From: an uncultured Dehalococcoidales bacterium
GTDB taxonomy: Bacteria; Chloroflexota; Dehalococcoidia; GIF9; UBA5629
Length of the DNA: 64,000 nucleotides
Assembly: GCA_964400675.1 (NCBI GenBank)
Contig: CAYNVO010000001.1
Location: 267,919-331,918, forward strand
Reading direction: 5' to 3'
Shown here: positions 10,701 to 19,788 of the stretch, in pieces
Layout: every line of letters begins with the position of its first letter
Numbering within the stretch: the stretch's first letter is position 1
The notes under the pieces: model-generated
What the model was told of the DNA's origin: nothing
The model's input: the letters and a program-made list of their open reading frames with translations, nothing else
The model's database searches: none
Program-made: the position numbers and the translations under genes

Positions 10701-11419
10701 GCCAGGTCGGGATTGCCGTCCTTGTCGAAATCGCCCACGGCAACAGAGGTGGGAGTCAACCCCACGGCATAGTTCGCTGCCGGTAGGATGAAGGTGCCAT
10801 CGCCGTTGCCCAGCAGCACGGAGACATTATTGTTGTTATGATTGGCTGTGGCCAGGTCGGGATTGCCGTCCCTGTTGAAATCGCCCACGGCGACAGAGAA
10901 GGGTAAATCCCCCACAGCATAGGTCGCTGCCTGTACGATGAATGCACCGGCGCCGTTGCCCAGCAGCACGGAGACATTGTCGTCGTCACAATTAGCTACG
11001 GCCAGGTCGGGATTGCCGTCCCTGTTGAAATCGCCCACGGCTACAGAGAGGGGGCTTCCCCCCACGGCATAGTTCGCTGCCGGTAGGGTGAAGGTGCCGT
11101 CGCCGTTGCCCAGCAGCACGGAGACATTATCGCCGTTACTATTGGCTGTGGCCAGGTCGGGATTGCCGTCCTTGTCGAAATCGCCCACGGCGACAGAGAA
11201 GGGACTTGTTCCCACGTTATAGTTCACCGCTGGATTGAAAGGCATGGCATAGGCATTGTACTGGGGAAAGGCAAAAAATAAGGTACAAAGAAGCAATGAA
11301 AGGAAAACACTTATAAGTTGCTTATTTGGACAATTTCGCTTAGCCAATTTACATGTACCAGCCTGCAAAGATGCCACCATGAAACTTATATATACGTTTG
11401 AAAAAAGCACAGATGCCAA
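7748..11419 (-). CDS. Large cell-surface protein: ~14 FG-GAP/VCBS repeats, two Ig-like (TIG) domains, a CARDB domain, C-terminal TM anchor
   Basis: N-terminal signal peptide; recurring VGDFNRDGNPDLA...NVSVLLGNGDGTF units; C-terminal GEGIGEG, a hydrophobic helix and an RRR tail. Near-identical ~140 bp DNA repeats generate many overlapping spurious ORFs. Confidence 0.8.
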   Translation of the reverse strand: MASVLFSNVYISFMVASLQAGTCKLAKRNCPNKQLISVFLSLLLCTLFFAFPQYNAYAMPFNPAVNYNVGTSPFSVAVGDFDKDGNPDLATANSNGDNVSVLLGNGDGTFTLPAANYAVGGSPLSVAVGDFNRDGNPDLAVANCDDDNVSVLLGNGAGAFIVQAATYAVGDLPFSVAVGDFNRDGNPDLATANHNNNNVSVLLGNGDGTFILPAANYAVGLTPTSVAVGDFDKDGNPDLAVANNSANTVSILRGKGDGTFKAAVVYNVGDHPYSVAVGDFNRDGNPDLATANNTTNNVSVLLGVGDGTFTLPAVKYDVGNGPYSVAVGDFNRDGNPDLATANASTDNVSVLLGNGNGTFNGAVNYAVDHFPWYVAVGDFNRDGNPDLAAANAGTNNVSILLNTATPESLSFNAAANYATATGPFSTIVGDFNRDGKPDLATANSSSDNVSILLGDGNGAFNTPLNYAVGRSPVSIAAGDFDRDGDPDLATANVNDDNVSILLGDGNGTFDDAVNYAVGDLPFCVAVGDFNRDGKPDLATANSGSVNYSILLGDGNGAFSTAPYDARGVPYSVAVGDFNRDGKPDLAVTDAGNNSVYMLLGVGDGTFNLQAVDYPVGTEPVYIAVGDFNKDGNPDLATANKNSANTSVLLGNGDGTFNGAGNYATGLFPFSVAVGDFNRDGNPDLAVVNFNSNNVSVLLGNGDGTFRAADNYTAGTNPRSVSVGDFNRDGKPDLAVANNDDNNVSVLLNTSAPLPPPTVTGVNPASGIQEQTLDVIITGTDFNGATAVSFGAGVTVNNFTFDSATQISANITIAGDAATGVRDVSVTTPWGTGTLTGGFTVNKAPPTVTGVNPTSGIQGETLDVIITGTHFSGVTSVKFGGFGSYVTADNFTEDSDTQITANITILSYASPGTRDVTVTTPAGTDTLSDGFTVNRAGEQTQSVNTATNTGIATFTTSGGSVTGLTAAISTPCGTLSGFSFPNGFFSFNITNITPGSTVTITITLPYSMPASTQYWKCQNGIWVNCTSLVGSNDGDNVLTLTLTDGGLGDADGAANGTIVDPGGPTIAAPAMPAAPRASPPMPTPPRPLNPAQMSLQYLSVNPQQTTAGQPVTITTNVVNTGYEAGNYNLTLKINGQVEQSRMVSVGPQGTQPVKFTIAKTQPGTYTVSIDDQRGSFTVNGASRGPSAGIGEGIGEGILFVAAIAVIVILVGLLIIISRRRFQGY

Positions 11420-11675
11420 TTATCAGGATTTATCTCTGTGCTATATTGGGAAGTATACAGACTGTCGTATTATGTGTCAATGGATTAGGGAATATCGTGC
11501 AGCAAGTGGTAGCGTCCTTTGTCTGAATTCTTATATCTGCTTCAGCCTGTAATATATGGCCAGGGAAAATGCTCTTATAGGTTCCTGTTTTTCACATGCC
11601 CTATTACTATCTTGCTATTGACGTGTCATCGTGATAGAGATAGACTTAGGGAAAATATATGAAGCGGGGTAAAAG

Positions 11676-13724
11676 ATGCGAAATTGTTTAACGGTTCTAT
11701 TGATATTTATGTTCTTACTGGCAGGATGCTTGATGCCGCCCAGATTAGAGGTAAGCCTGGCGTCTCCTGCCGATGGCAGTTCGGTATTATCGCTAACGCC
11801 TACGCTTATGTGGGGGGGTGGTGGCGGAGCCGCCACCTATCGGTTAATGGTGGCAACGGATAACAATTTCCAACGTTTAGCTATCGATGTGAACAATATA
11901 GGTGACATCAGCTACACTATACCTTCGGGCAAACTGAATGGTGACACCTGGTATTTTTGGAAGGTTCTAGCCCGACAGGGCAGCCAGGTATCAGACTGGA
12001 CGGCGCCATGGTCCTTCCATACCCCGGGTGGAGTTGGTCCGGCGAGTACTGGGACTGTTCGAGTCAGTGCTACCTTTGATGGGTCACCGTGGTCCGGCTC
12101 GGTAAATTACAGTGTCAGCGGCCCTTTCTCGGATACGGATAATTCGGTTCCGTGGAATTTTACCAGTGTGCCAACCGGCAACTATACGGTTACTTACAAT
12201 TATGGTGGGCCTGCCGGTGCCTCGCTGACTAGCATTACTCCAGCGCCAACTCTGGAATTGGACACAGGCGGTACGGTGCACTTCGTCTTGAATTTCCAGA
12301 GCCAATCCAGTTCCAGTATAAAGGTCGCCGCCACTTTGAATGGCTCGCCATGGTCGGGAAGCGTGAGCTACTCATTGACCGGGCCTTTCAAGGATGCGGA
12401 TGTAATAGTTCCCCAGACCTTCAGCAATATGCCGACGGGGACGTATACGCTGACGTATAATTCAGGTGGTCCGTCTGGCGCTGTACTCAGCAGTATTTCA
12501 CCCTTGCCGACACAAACGCTAGCTTCGAGTAGCAGTATTGCCTATACGCTGAACTTCTCGACAATCTCAGCATCGAACCTGTCGGTGACTGCATCGTATA
12601 ATGGGGTGACATGGTCAGGGGCGGTATTATATTCGCTGTCCGGGCCGATTAACAATAACTATACTTCCGTTCCTTTACAATTGAATAATGCCTCTCCCGG
12701 AACGTATTACATCAATTATAAAGGAGGCGGTCCACCTGGAGCGACGCTGGGTAATATTGCCCCGGGACAATCACTTGTGTTACCCAGCCGAGGGTCGGCT
12801 GGGTTTGTCCTTAATTACTATGCACAACAGCAAACCGGCAACGTGGTGGTTGATGCCAACTTGAATGGCTCGCCGTGGTCCGGCATGGTCAGCTATATGT
12901 TGAGCGGTCCCTTCCAGAGCAACGATAATCAGGTGCCACGTACCTATAATAGCGTGCCTGTGGGCAACTATAGCATCACGTATACGGGTGGTGGACCCCC
13001 GGGCGCCGTATTGACCAGTATCACGCCGGCACCAATGCAGTCGCTGGCAGTCGGTCGAACCATCGGATTCAATTTGAACTTTACGGCGCAGCCCAGCGCC
13101 GGTACCATCGTAGTCAATGCCATGGTAGACGGACAGCCGTGGAGTACGCAACCTGGTTCCGGTCCAATCAGCTATACAGTAACCGGTCCCGCTAATGATT
13201 CCGGGAATGGCATCCCCGGCACTTTCAGCAGCATGCCTGCCGGGATGTATACTTTAAGCTACAATTCCGGCGGACCTATCGGTGCCACATTAACCGGCAT
13301 TTCACCGGCTCCGACGCAAAACCTGGCACCGGGTGGCTCTATCGAATATACGTTGCAGTTCACCGGGCAGCCCAAGGGATACGTTACCGTTGAAGCTACG
13401 CTGGATGGGCAACCATGGTCTGGTTCGGTTGGTTACGTGCTGCAGGGACCCTATGTGGAATCAGGCAGTTCCGCACCGCGCAACTTTGCCAATGCGCCCC
13501 AGGGGAGCTACAGCGTTCAGTACAGCGCTGGAGGTCCACCACAATCTTCATTTATCGGCGTTTCTCCTCAATCGCAGATGTTACCTGCGGGAGGCTCTAT
13601 AACCTTCACAATTATGTTCCACTTCGAAGGAGGACTAGAGCCGGGTCCTATGCCGGGACCAGTTCCAGAGCCTTTCCCACCAGTACCTGAACCTCAAAAT
13701 GGTCTACCCTTGCTGGGAGAATAG
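11676..13724 (+). CDS. Secreted lipoprotein with 6-7 tandem ~95-aa repeats and a Pro-rich C-terminus
   Basis: Lipobox LLAGC; repeated LNGSPWSGSVSYSLxGPFxDxDxxVPxTFxxxPTGTYTLTYNSGGPxGAxL units; divergent from the FG-GAP gene. Confidence 0.7.
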   Translation: MRNCLTVLLIFMFLLAGCLMPPRLEVSLASPADGSSVLSLTPTLMWGGGGGAATYRLMVATDNNFQRLAIDVNNIGDISYTIPSGKLNGDTWYFWKVLARQGSQVSDWTAPWSFHTPGGVGPASTGTVRVSATFDGSPWSGSVNYSVSGPFSDTDNSVPWNFTSVPTGNYTVTYNYGGPAGASLTSITPAPTLELDTGGTVHFVLNFQSQSSSSIKVAATLNGSPWSGSVSYSLTGPFKDADVIVPQTFSNMPTGTYTLTYNSGGPSGAVLSSISPLPTQTLASSSSIAYTLNFSTISASNLSVTASYNGVTWSGAVLYSLSGPINNNYTSVPLQLNNASPGTYYINYKGGGPPGATLGNIAPGQSLVLPSRGSAGFVLNYYAQQQTGNVVVDANLNGSPWSGMVSYMLSGPFQSNDNQVPRTYNSVPVGNYSITYTGGGPPGAVLTSITPAPMQSLAVGRTIGFNLNFTAQPSAGTIVVNAMVDGQPWSTQPGSGPISYTVTGPANDSGNGIPGTFSSMPAGMYTLSYNSGGPIGATLTGISPAPTQNLAPGGSIEYTLQFTGQPKGYVTVEATLDGQPWSGSVGYVLQGPYVESGSSAPRNFANAPQGSYSVQYSAGGPPQSSFIGVSPQSQMLPAGGSITFTIMFHFEGGLEPGPMPGPVPEPFPPVPEPQNGLPLLGE

Positions 13725-13776
13725 CGATGACGGGACACGGAATGTATAGAATTGAGATGAAAAGGAGACTAATACG

Positions 13777-14580
13777 ATGAGGGTTTGTTTAGCTATCCTG
13801 CTTATGGTATCAATGCTCCTGGTTGCCTGTAATGTTCCAGGCACAGTGCCACCAGCCAGCAGCGAGTTGCGCATAATCACTGAAGTGTATCCACCATATA
13901 ATTTCGTGGATAAAAACGGTAATGTTACCGGGCAAAGCACGGAAATTGTCCAGGCTATTTTGGAGAAAACCGATACGCAAGCTGAAATAGAGGTCATGCC
14001 GCTGAGCGAAGGTTTAGCCCTGGCTCAAAAGGGACCCAAGGTGGTGATTTATTCGCTCAATAAGACTCCCCAGCGCGAGAATCTTTTCAAGTGGGTTGGA
14101 CCGATTGGCAACTATGAACAGGCGTTTTATGCCAGTAAGGGCTCAACGCTTGCGCTTAATAGACTTGAGGACGCCAAGAACGTCAAGAAGATTGGCGTCT
14201 ACAAGGGCGATGCCGGGGCTCAGTTTCTGGCTTCGCAGGGGTTTACCAATTTAGACGAGAGCCTGACTGATGTGGAAGCGTTGAAAAAGCTCACGGATGG
14301 CACGGTACAATTGTGGCTGGGAAATAAAGGAGGGCTGTCGATTACTGCTGAGGAGGCAGGAGTAAATCCATCTGACCTGGTCATGTTACCCACCGTTGTC
14401 ATAAGAGCCGACCTGTACATAGCGTTCAGCAAGGATATCTCTTATAGCACGGTAAAAGCCTGGCAGAGTGCCCTGGATGACTTGAAGCAGGAAAGGGATA
14501 TTGACGATAAAACGGTTTACGAAAAAATACAGGCAAAATACAGCGACCCTGACTATATAGATAGCTTATTGCACGAATAG
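13777..14580 (+). CDS. Solute-binding protein family 3 (amino-acid type) ABC transporter substrate-binding lipoprotein
   Basis: Signal peptide with lipobox LLVAC; family 3 SBP-like size and sequence. Confidence 0.6.
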   Translation: MRVCLAILLMVSMLLVACNVPGTVPPASSELRIITEVYPPYNFVDKNGNVTGQSTEIVQAILEKTDTQAEIEVMPLSEGLALAQKGPKVVIYSLNKTPQRENLFKWVGPIGNYEQAFYASKGSTLALNRLEDAKNVKKIGVYKGDAGAQFLASQGFTNLDESLTDVEALKKLTDGTVQLWLGNKGGLSITAEEAGVNPSDLVMLPTVVIRADLYIAFSKDISYSTVKAWQSALDDLKQERDIDDKTVYEKIQAKYSDPDYIDSLLHE

Positions 14581-14791
14581 CTGCAGTCACCCATCGGCGA
14601 CAGGGCTGAAACGCCGGAAATTCCGGTGTCATTGGCATTGTCGATTCTAAAAGCCAGCGGTGGCGTGGCATTAATTTCTAAATAATAAAGCGCTACTGGC
14701 TTTCGTCCATGTTGCGTGTAGTACCCTGGGAGATATATACTTTGTTGTTGGCTTCCGGACGAAACCAAAAATCTTTTTCAGGAGGTAATAA

Positions 14792-15559
14792 ATGAGTTTT
14801 TCTCTGGGTGAGTTTTCTTTAGAAGGGAAAGTGGCTCTGGTAACCGGCGGCAGCCGCGGCATCGGTAAGGCTATCGCTGTTGGGCTTGCCAATGCCGGCG
14901 CTGACGTGGCTTTAGCCAGTCGGAAATTGCCAGACCTTGAGGAGGTGGCTAAGGAGATAAAAGGCACAGGTAGAAAGTCGTTGGTTGTGGCGGCACACGT
15001 GGGCAGGCTTGATGATGTAAACAATCTGGTCACCAAGGTTAAAGGGGAGTTTGGCAAAATTGATATCCTGGTGAATAATGCGGCCACAAACCCGACCATG
15101 GACCAGGCTATTGATGTAGACGAGCGTGCCTGGGACTCCATTATGAACCTGAATATGAAAGGGCTGTTTTTCCTCAGTCAGGCAGTGGCCAGGTTAATGA
15201 AGGAGCAGGGTGGAGGCAAGATTATCAATGTTGCCTCGGTTGCCGGGATTACACCTGACATATTGCCGGTCTACTCCATAAGCAAGGCCGGAGTCATTAT
15301 GGCAACGAAGGTAATGGCACAGCAATGGGCTCAGTACGGTATCAGGGTGAATGCCATAGCACCGGGACTGACTAGGACCCGCTTCAGCGAAGCCCTCTGG
15401 GGTAACCAGGATATTCTGCAAGGTGCCCTGTTGGGGACCCCCTTGCGGCGTGTAGCCGAGCCTGAGGAGATGGTTGGAGCTGTGGTTTTCCTGGCTTCTG
15501 ATGCTTCCAGTTATGTGACCGGTCAGGTTCTGCCTGTAGACGGCGGCGCCACAATATAA
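14792..15559 (+). CDS. SDR family oxidoreductase (3-oxoacyl-ACP reductase-like)
   Basis: TGGSRGIGKAIA cofactor motif and YSISK (YxxxK) catalytic motif; strong RBS aggaggt. Confidence 0.85.
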   Translation: MSFSLGEFSLEGKVALVTGGSRGIGKAIAVGLANAGADVALASRKLPDLEEVAKEIKGTGRKSLVVAAHVGRLDDVNNLVTKVKGEFGKIDILVNNAATNPTMDQAIDVDERAWDSIMNLNMKGLFFLSQAVARLMKEQGGGKIINVASVAGITPDILPVYSISKAGVIMATKVMAQQWAQYGIRVNAIAPGLTRTRFSEALWGNQDILQGALLGTPLRRVAEPEEMVGAVVFLASDASSYVTGQVLPVDGGATI

Positions 15560-15572
15560 AAAGGAGGATATA

Positions 15573-16355
15573 ATGAAATTCGAAACTATTCTTTACGAGA
15601 AGAAGGATAACGTTGCCTGGATAACCTTAAACCGACCTGAGAAATATAATGCTCAGAACCAGACCTTGCGCAATGAGGTCGTCGCTGCCCTGGATGATGC
15701 CAGGGATGACGATGGGGTGCGGGTTATCGTTCTCACCGGGGCAGGCGACAAGGCTTTCAGTGCCGGTGCAGATATCAGCAATTTTGTTGATTGGACTGCA
15801 ATCAGTGTCATTACAACGAACAAAGGGGCGAAACGGCCGTATAATTTCATAAGGGAAATTCCCAAGCCGGTGATAGCCATGGTTAACGGTATGGCCCTGG
15901 GTGGTGGTTGTGAACTGGCTATGAGCTGCGACATCATTATAGCTTCGGAGAATGCTCGGTTTGGGCAGCCTGAGATAAGCGTAGGAGTTATACCAGGTGG
16001 CACCGGAACCCAGATTTTACCCCGTCTTGTGGGTGAGAAAAAGGCGCGGGAGATGATTTTCACCGGCGATCCTATTTCGGCCGAGGAAGCCCTGAGGCTT
16101 GGCCTGGTGAATAAGGTTGTTCCCCCGGATAAGCTGAGAGAAACGGTTGATGAGCTAATAAAGAAGCTGAAGAGCAAGAGTCCGGCGATTTTGAAGTTCG
16201 CTAAACTGGCAGTCAATAAATCTCTGGAGACTCCGCTCTCGGTTGGCATTGAGTGCGAAGCTGACCTCTTTGCTATGTGTTTTGGCACTCAGGACCAGAA
16301 AGAGGGTGCGAAAGCTTTCCTGGAGAAACGGCCTCCTCAATATACTGGGAAATAG
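15573..16355 (+). CDS. Enoyl-CoA hydratase/isomerase (crotonase) family protein
   Basis: Crotonase-fold signature (FSAGADI...; MVNGMALGGGCELAM); RBS aaggagg. Confidence 0.85.
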   Translation: MKFETILYEKKDNVAWITLNRPEKYNAQNQTLRNEVVAALDDARDDDGVRVIVLTGAGDKAFSAGADISNFVDWTAISVITTNKGAKRPYNFIREIPKPVIAMVNGMALGGGCELAMSCDIIIASENARFGQPEISVGVIPGGTGTQILPRLVGEKKAREMIFTGDPISAEEALRLGLVNKVVPPDKLRETVDELIKKLKSKSPAILKFAKLAVNKSLETPLSVGIECEADLFAMCFGTQDQKEGAKAFLEKRPPQYTGK

Positions 16356-16425
16356 TTCACCCTTCGACAGGCTCAGGGTGAGCGGAAAAAGAAGCTTTTC
16401 AGGGTGAGCAGAAGTAGAGACCGCT

Positions 16426-16529
16426 CATGGTGAACTCAGGAAGTACCCGCGCATGGTGAACTTGGGAAGTACCCGCTCATGGTGAACTTGGAAAGTACCT
16501 GCTCATGGTGAGCTTGTCGAACCATGTCG
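16426..16529. repeat. Four direct tandem copies of a 26-bp unit (catggtgaacttgggaagtacccgct)
   Basis: Seen directly in the convergent intergenic region; preceded by two copies of cagggtgagc. Confidence 0.8.
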
Positions 16530-16605
16530 GAAACAGAGGTTGTTCACGGTCGGCCAAGCATGAACCGTTCATTAAACAAGATTACAGAGATAATCATATA
16601 TCACG

Positions 16606-16992
16606 TTATTTGTCTCTGCCGCGTCTCTGTCTTTCTATCTTATATAATGTGGCATCGCCGATGCCGAAATGATGGGCAATCTCATGGCGCACCACACTGC
16701 CGATTTCGGCTTCTATTTCCTGACTTGAGCGACACTGCGCCTCGATGGGTTTCTGGAATATGGTTATCTTGTCCGGCAGGACCAGGTTGTAGCTGCTACC
16801 TCGATTGGTTTGAGGCACCCCTTCGTAAAGTCCCAGCAATTGCGCCTTATCTCTGAGCTTTAATTGCCTGATTTGCTGCGGGCTGGGCCAGTCTTCGACT
16901 AAAATATCGACGTTCTCCAGTTTGTCTTTGAACTCCGCCGGCAATGCCTCTATTGCTCTAAAGACGAGAGCATCAAATTCCTGTCTTTCCAT
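16606..16992 (-). CDS. Zincin-like metallopeptidase family protein (HExxH; DUF1025/Zincin_1-like)
   Basis: 128-aa protein with the HEIAHHFG motif. Confidence 0.55.
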   Translation of the reverse strand: MERQEFDALVFRAIEALPAEFKDKLENVDILVEDWPSPQQIRQLKLRDKAQLLGLYEGVPQTNRGSSYNLVLPDKITIFQKPIEAQCRSSQEIEAEIGSVVRHEIAHHFGIGDATLYKIERQRRGRDK

Positions 16993-17107
16993 GTTTTTAA
17001 TTCGCCCGTTTTCATTATATACCGCCTTGTTCTATTCTGGAAGTTGTCTATATTAATTGACAGGAGAAGTTGACGGGATAGCCTCGACGGGATAAAATCA
17101 GTCTGTT

Positions 17108-19555
17108 ATGTGTGCTTCTAAATATAATCCGCAGGAAACCGAAAAGAAATGGCAGGATAAATGGGCGGCTGACCGACTTTACGAGGTTAAAGATGGCGAC
17201 AGTCGCCCCAAGTTTTATGCCCTGACCATGTTCCCGTATACCTCAGGTGACCTTCATATCGGTCACTGGTACGCTATGGCGCCTTCGGATGTACAGGCGA
17301 GGTTCAAGCGAATGCAGGGCTATAATGTGCTGCACCCCATGGGCTTCGATGCTTTCGGGCTGCCGGCGGAGAACGCAGCTATTAAGCATGGCATTCATCC
17401 TTACAACTGGACTATGGACAATGTGGAAAACATGCGCCGACAGCTAAGGAGCATCGGGGCTATATATGATTGGAACCGTGAGGTAGTTACCTGTCTTCCC
17501 GAGTACTATAAATGGACGCAATGGTTTTTCCTCAAGCTTTATGAAGCCGGCCTGGCATATCGGGCTAAGGCGCCGGTGAACTGGTGCCCTACGTGCCAGA
17601 CGGTGCTGGCTAACGAGCAGGTAGTCGGCGAAGGCTCCTGTGAGCGCTGCGGCACGGCGGTGCTCAGGAAACTGCTGGAGCAGTGGTTTTTCCGTATTAC
17701 CAAATATGCTGATGAGCTACTGGACTTTAGCAAGATAGACTGGCCCGAGCGTATAGAGATTATGCAGAACAACTGGATTGGCAAGAGCACGGGTGCCGAA
17801 ATCTCGTTTGGTCTGGAGCATAAAGGCGTTGATGCCAGGGAGCTAAGAGTGTTCACCACCCGTCCTGATACCATCTTTGGTGTTACCTTCTTTGTACTGG
17901 CGCCGGAGCATCCACTGGTGCCTCTGCTGACCACGCCGGAGCACAAGGCTGAGGTGGAGGCGTATATACTTCAAACGCAGAGACAGACGGAGATAGAAAG
18001 GACATCTGCGGAGAGGGAAAAGACCGGCGTATTCCTGGGAAGCTATGTCATCAATAAGCTTAATGGTGAGAAGGTGCCCATCTTGATTACCGACTATGTA
18101 CTGCTCAGCTATGGGACCGGGGCGGTGATGGGGGTTCCAGCCCATGACCAGCGCGACTTTGAGTTTGCTAAGAAATACGGCTTGCCCATCCGGGTAGTTA
18201 TCGCGCCACCGGATTGGTCGGGTCAGGAGCTTGACTGTGCTTATACTGAAACCGGGACCATGGCGAACTCGGGACAGTTCGATGGCTTACCCAGCGATCA
18301 GGGTTTTGAAGCTATCTGCGATTACATGGAGGAAAAAGGCTGGGGTAAGCGGGCAGTTACTTACAGGCTACGTGACTGGCTAATCTCCCGCCAGCGCTAC
18401 TGGGGGGCGCCAATTCCCATGGTGTATTGCGATAAATGCGGCATTGTGCCGGTGACGGAGAAGGACTTGCCGGTATTGCTGCCTCCCGATGCCGAGTTCA
18501 GACCTACCGGCGAATCGCCCTTGAAATACTGCGAGTCCTTTGTAAACACCACCTGCCCGAAATGCTCTGCACCGGCAAAACGGGAAACTGATACCATGGA
18601 CACCTTCATGTGCTCCTCGTGGTATTTCCTGCGCTACACCAGCCCCGGTGTTGATAATCATCCTTTTGACAAAGAGAAGCTGAAGCACTGGATGCCGGTT
18701 GACCTTTACACCGGCGGCGCCGAGCATGCCGTCATGCATCTTCTGTATTCTCGCTTCTTTATCAGGGCAATCAGGGATTGCGGCATTGTTGATTTCGACG
18801 AACCTTTTATAAAGCTATTCAATCAGGGGACGATAATTTACCAGGGCGACAAAATGAGCAAATCAAGGGGCAATGTGGTTACGCCCGATGTCTATGTGTC
18901 CGAGATTGGAGCTGACGCCGTTCGAGCCTATCTCATGTTTATCGGTCCCTGGGAACTGGGTGGTGAGTGGAGCGACCAGGGCATCGTGGGCATGAGCCGC
19001 TGGGTGAATCGTGTCTGGAACCTGGTGACAGCCAGCTATACGGAGAAGAAAGTTGACCCTGACGCAGACAAGGAACTGAGACGGCTCATTCACCAGACTA
19101 TCAAGAGAGTGACCAATGACATGGAACGGTTCCGCTTCAACACCATGCTGGCAGCGCTCATGGAGTTCACCAACTATCTGGGCAAGGTGCAGGAGGTAGG
19201 CACGGTTTCTGTTTCCTTGTGGAACGAAGCTATAGCCAATTTGCTGCTGCTACTGGCACCGACGGCGCCGCATCTCACCGAAGAGCTATGGGAGATGACC
19301 GGTCATACTTACAGCATTCACAATCAGCCCTGGCCGAAGTGGGATGAGGAGCTGGCTAAAGAAGAAGAGGTTACGCTGGTCATCCAGGTTAATGGCAAAG
19401 TGAGGGACAAGGTCACCGTGCCGGTGTCCATCACTGAAGCTGAGGCGAAGGAGCTGGCGCTGGGCAGCGAGCGGATAAAAGCCTATGTCAAAGACAACAA
19501 GGTCGCCAGGATTATCTACGTCCCCCAGCGGCTGGTCAATATAGTGGTAGGATAA
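17108..19555 (+). CDS. leuS: Leucine--tRNA ligase
   Basis: HIGH motif (LHIGHWY), KMSKS motif, zinc-knuckle CPTC...CERCG, 815 aa. Confidence 0.95.
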   Translation: MCASKYNPQETEKKWQDKWAADRLYEVKDGDSRPKFYALTMFPYTSGDLHIGHWYAMAPSDVQARFKRMQGYNVLHPMGFDAFGLPAENAAIKHGIHPYNWTMDNVENMRRQLRSIGAIYDWNREVVTCLPEYYKWTQWFFLKLYEAGLAYRAKAPVNWCPTCQTVLANEQVVGEGSCERCGTAVLRKLLEQWFFRITKYADELLDFSKIDWPERIEIMQNNWIGKSTGAEISFGLEHKGVDARELRVFTTRPDTIFGVTFFVLAPEHPLVPLLTTPEHKAEVEAYILQTQRQTEIERTSAEREKTGVFLGSYVINKLNGEKVPILITDYVLLSYGTGAVMGVPAHDQRDFEFAKKYGLPIRVVIAPPDWSGQELDCAYTETGTMANSGQFDGLPSDQGFEAICDYMEEKGWGKRAVTYRLRDWLISRQRYWGAPIPMVYCDKCGIVPVTEKDLPVLLPPDAEFRPTGESPLKYCESFVNTTCPKCSAPAKRETDTMDTFMCSSWYFLRYTSPGVDNHPFDKEKLKHWMPVDLYTGGAEHAVMHLLYSRFFIRAIRDCGIVDFDEPFIKLFNQGTIIYQGDKMSKSRGNVVTPDVYVSEIGADAVRAYLMFIGPWELGGEWSDQGIVGMSRWVNRVWNLVTASYTEKKVDPDADKELRRLIHQTIKRVTNDMERFRFNTMLAALMEFTNYLGKVQEVGTVSVSLWNEAIANLLLLLAPTAPHLTEELWEMTGHTYSIHNQPWPKWDEELAKEEEVTLVIQVNGKVRDKVTVPVSITEAEAKELALGSERIKAYVKDNKVARIIYVPQRLVNIVVG

Positions 19556-19599
19556 TATTGTAAAGTTGGGTCTGGAGACGAGGCAAAATGGGGTAAAAA

Positions 19600-19779
19600 T
19601 TGTCTGATAAGCAAGACGCAATCCTGGAAGCAATTAGACTTGAATTGTCGGCTGGAAAATCACTGAAAGAGGCTGTTAGAGCGGTAATGCAAAGCAAACA
19701 ATTCAATCATATGACAGTGAGAAGAGTTGTGGAGAAATTAGAGATTGACCCCAGCATTATTTATAATAAGTCAATGTGA
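19600..19779 (+). CDS. Small hypothetical protein (59 aa, TTG start), possibly HTH-like
   Basis: ORF below the 60-aa track cutoff; ends 9 nt before the next gene's ATG with the intervening RBS ggtga; AT-rich; no in-frame ATG start. Confidence 0.3.
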   Translation: MSDKQDAILEAIRLELSAGKSLKEAVRAVMQSKQFNHMTVRRVVEKLEIDPSIIYNKSM

Positions 19780-19788
19780 GGTGATGAT

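Noticed and set aside
8006-11000. Many 60-120 aa ORFs on both strands inside the FG-GAP gene (for example 8418..8702, 8813..9163, 9178..9495, 10756..10989)
   Set aside because: They lie wholly inside a 1223-aa CDS with clear domain architecture. They are byproducts of GC-rich, highly repetitive DNA.
16426-16529. Possible mini-CRISPR
   Set aside because: Four head-to-tail 26-bp units with no spacers; simple tandem repeat.
17070-17098. Candidate leuS promoter (ttgacg-17-taaaat)
   Set aside because: The -10 element would sit only ~10 nt from the ATG, with no room for a leader or RBS; not reported as a feature.
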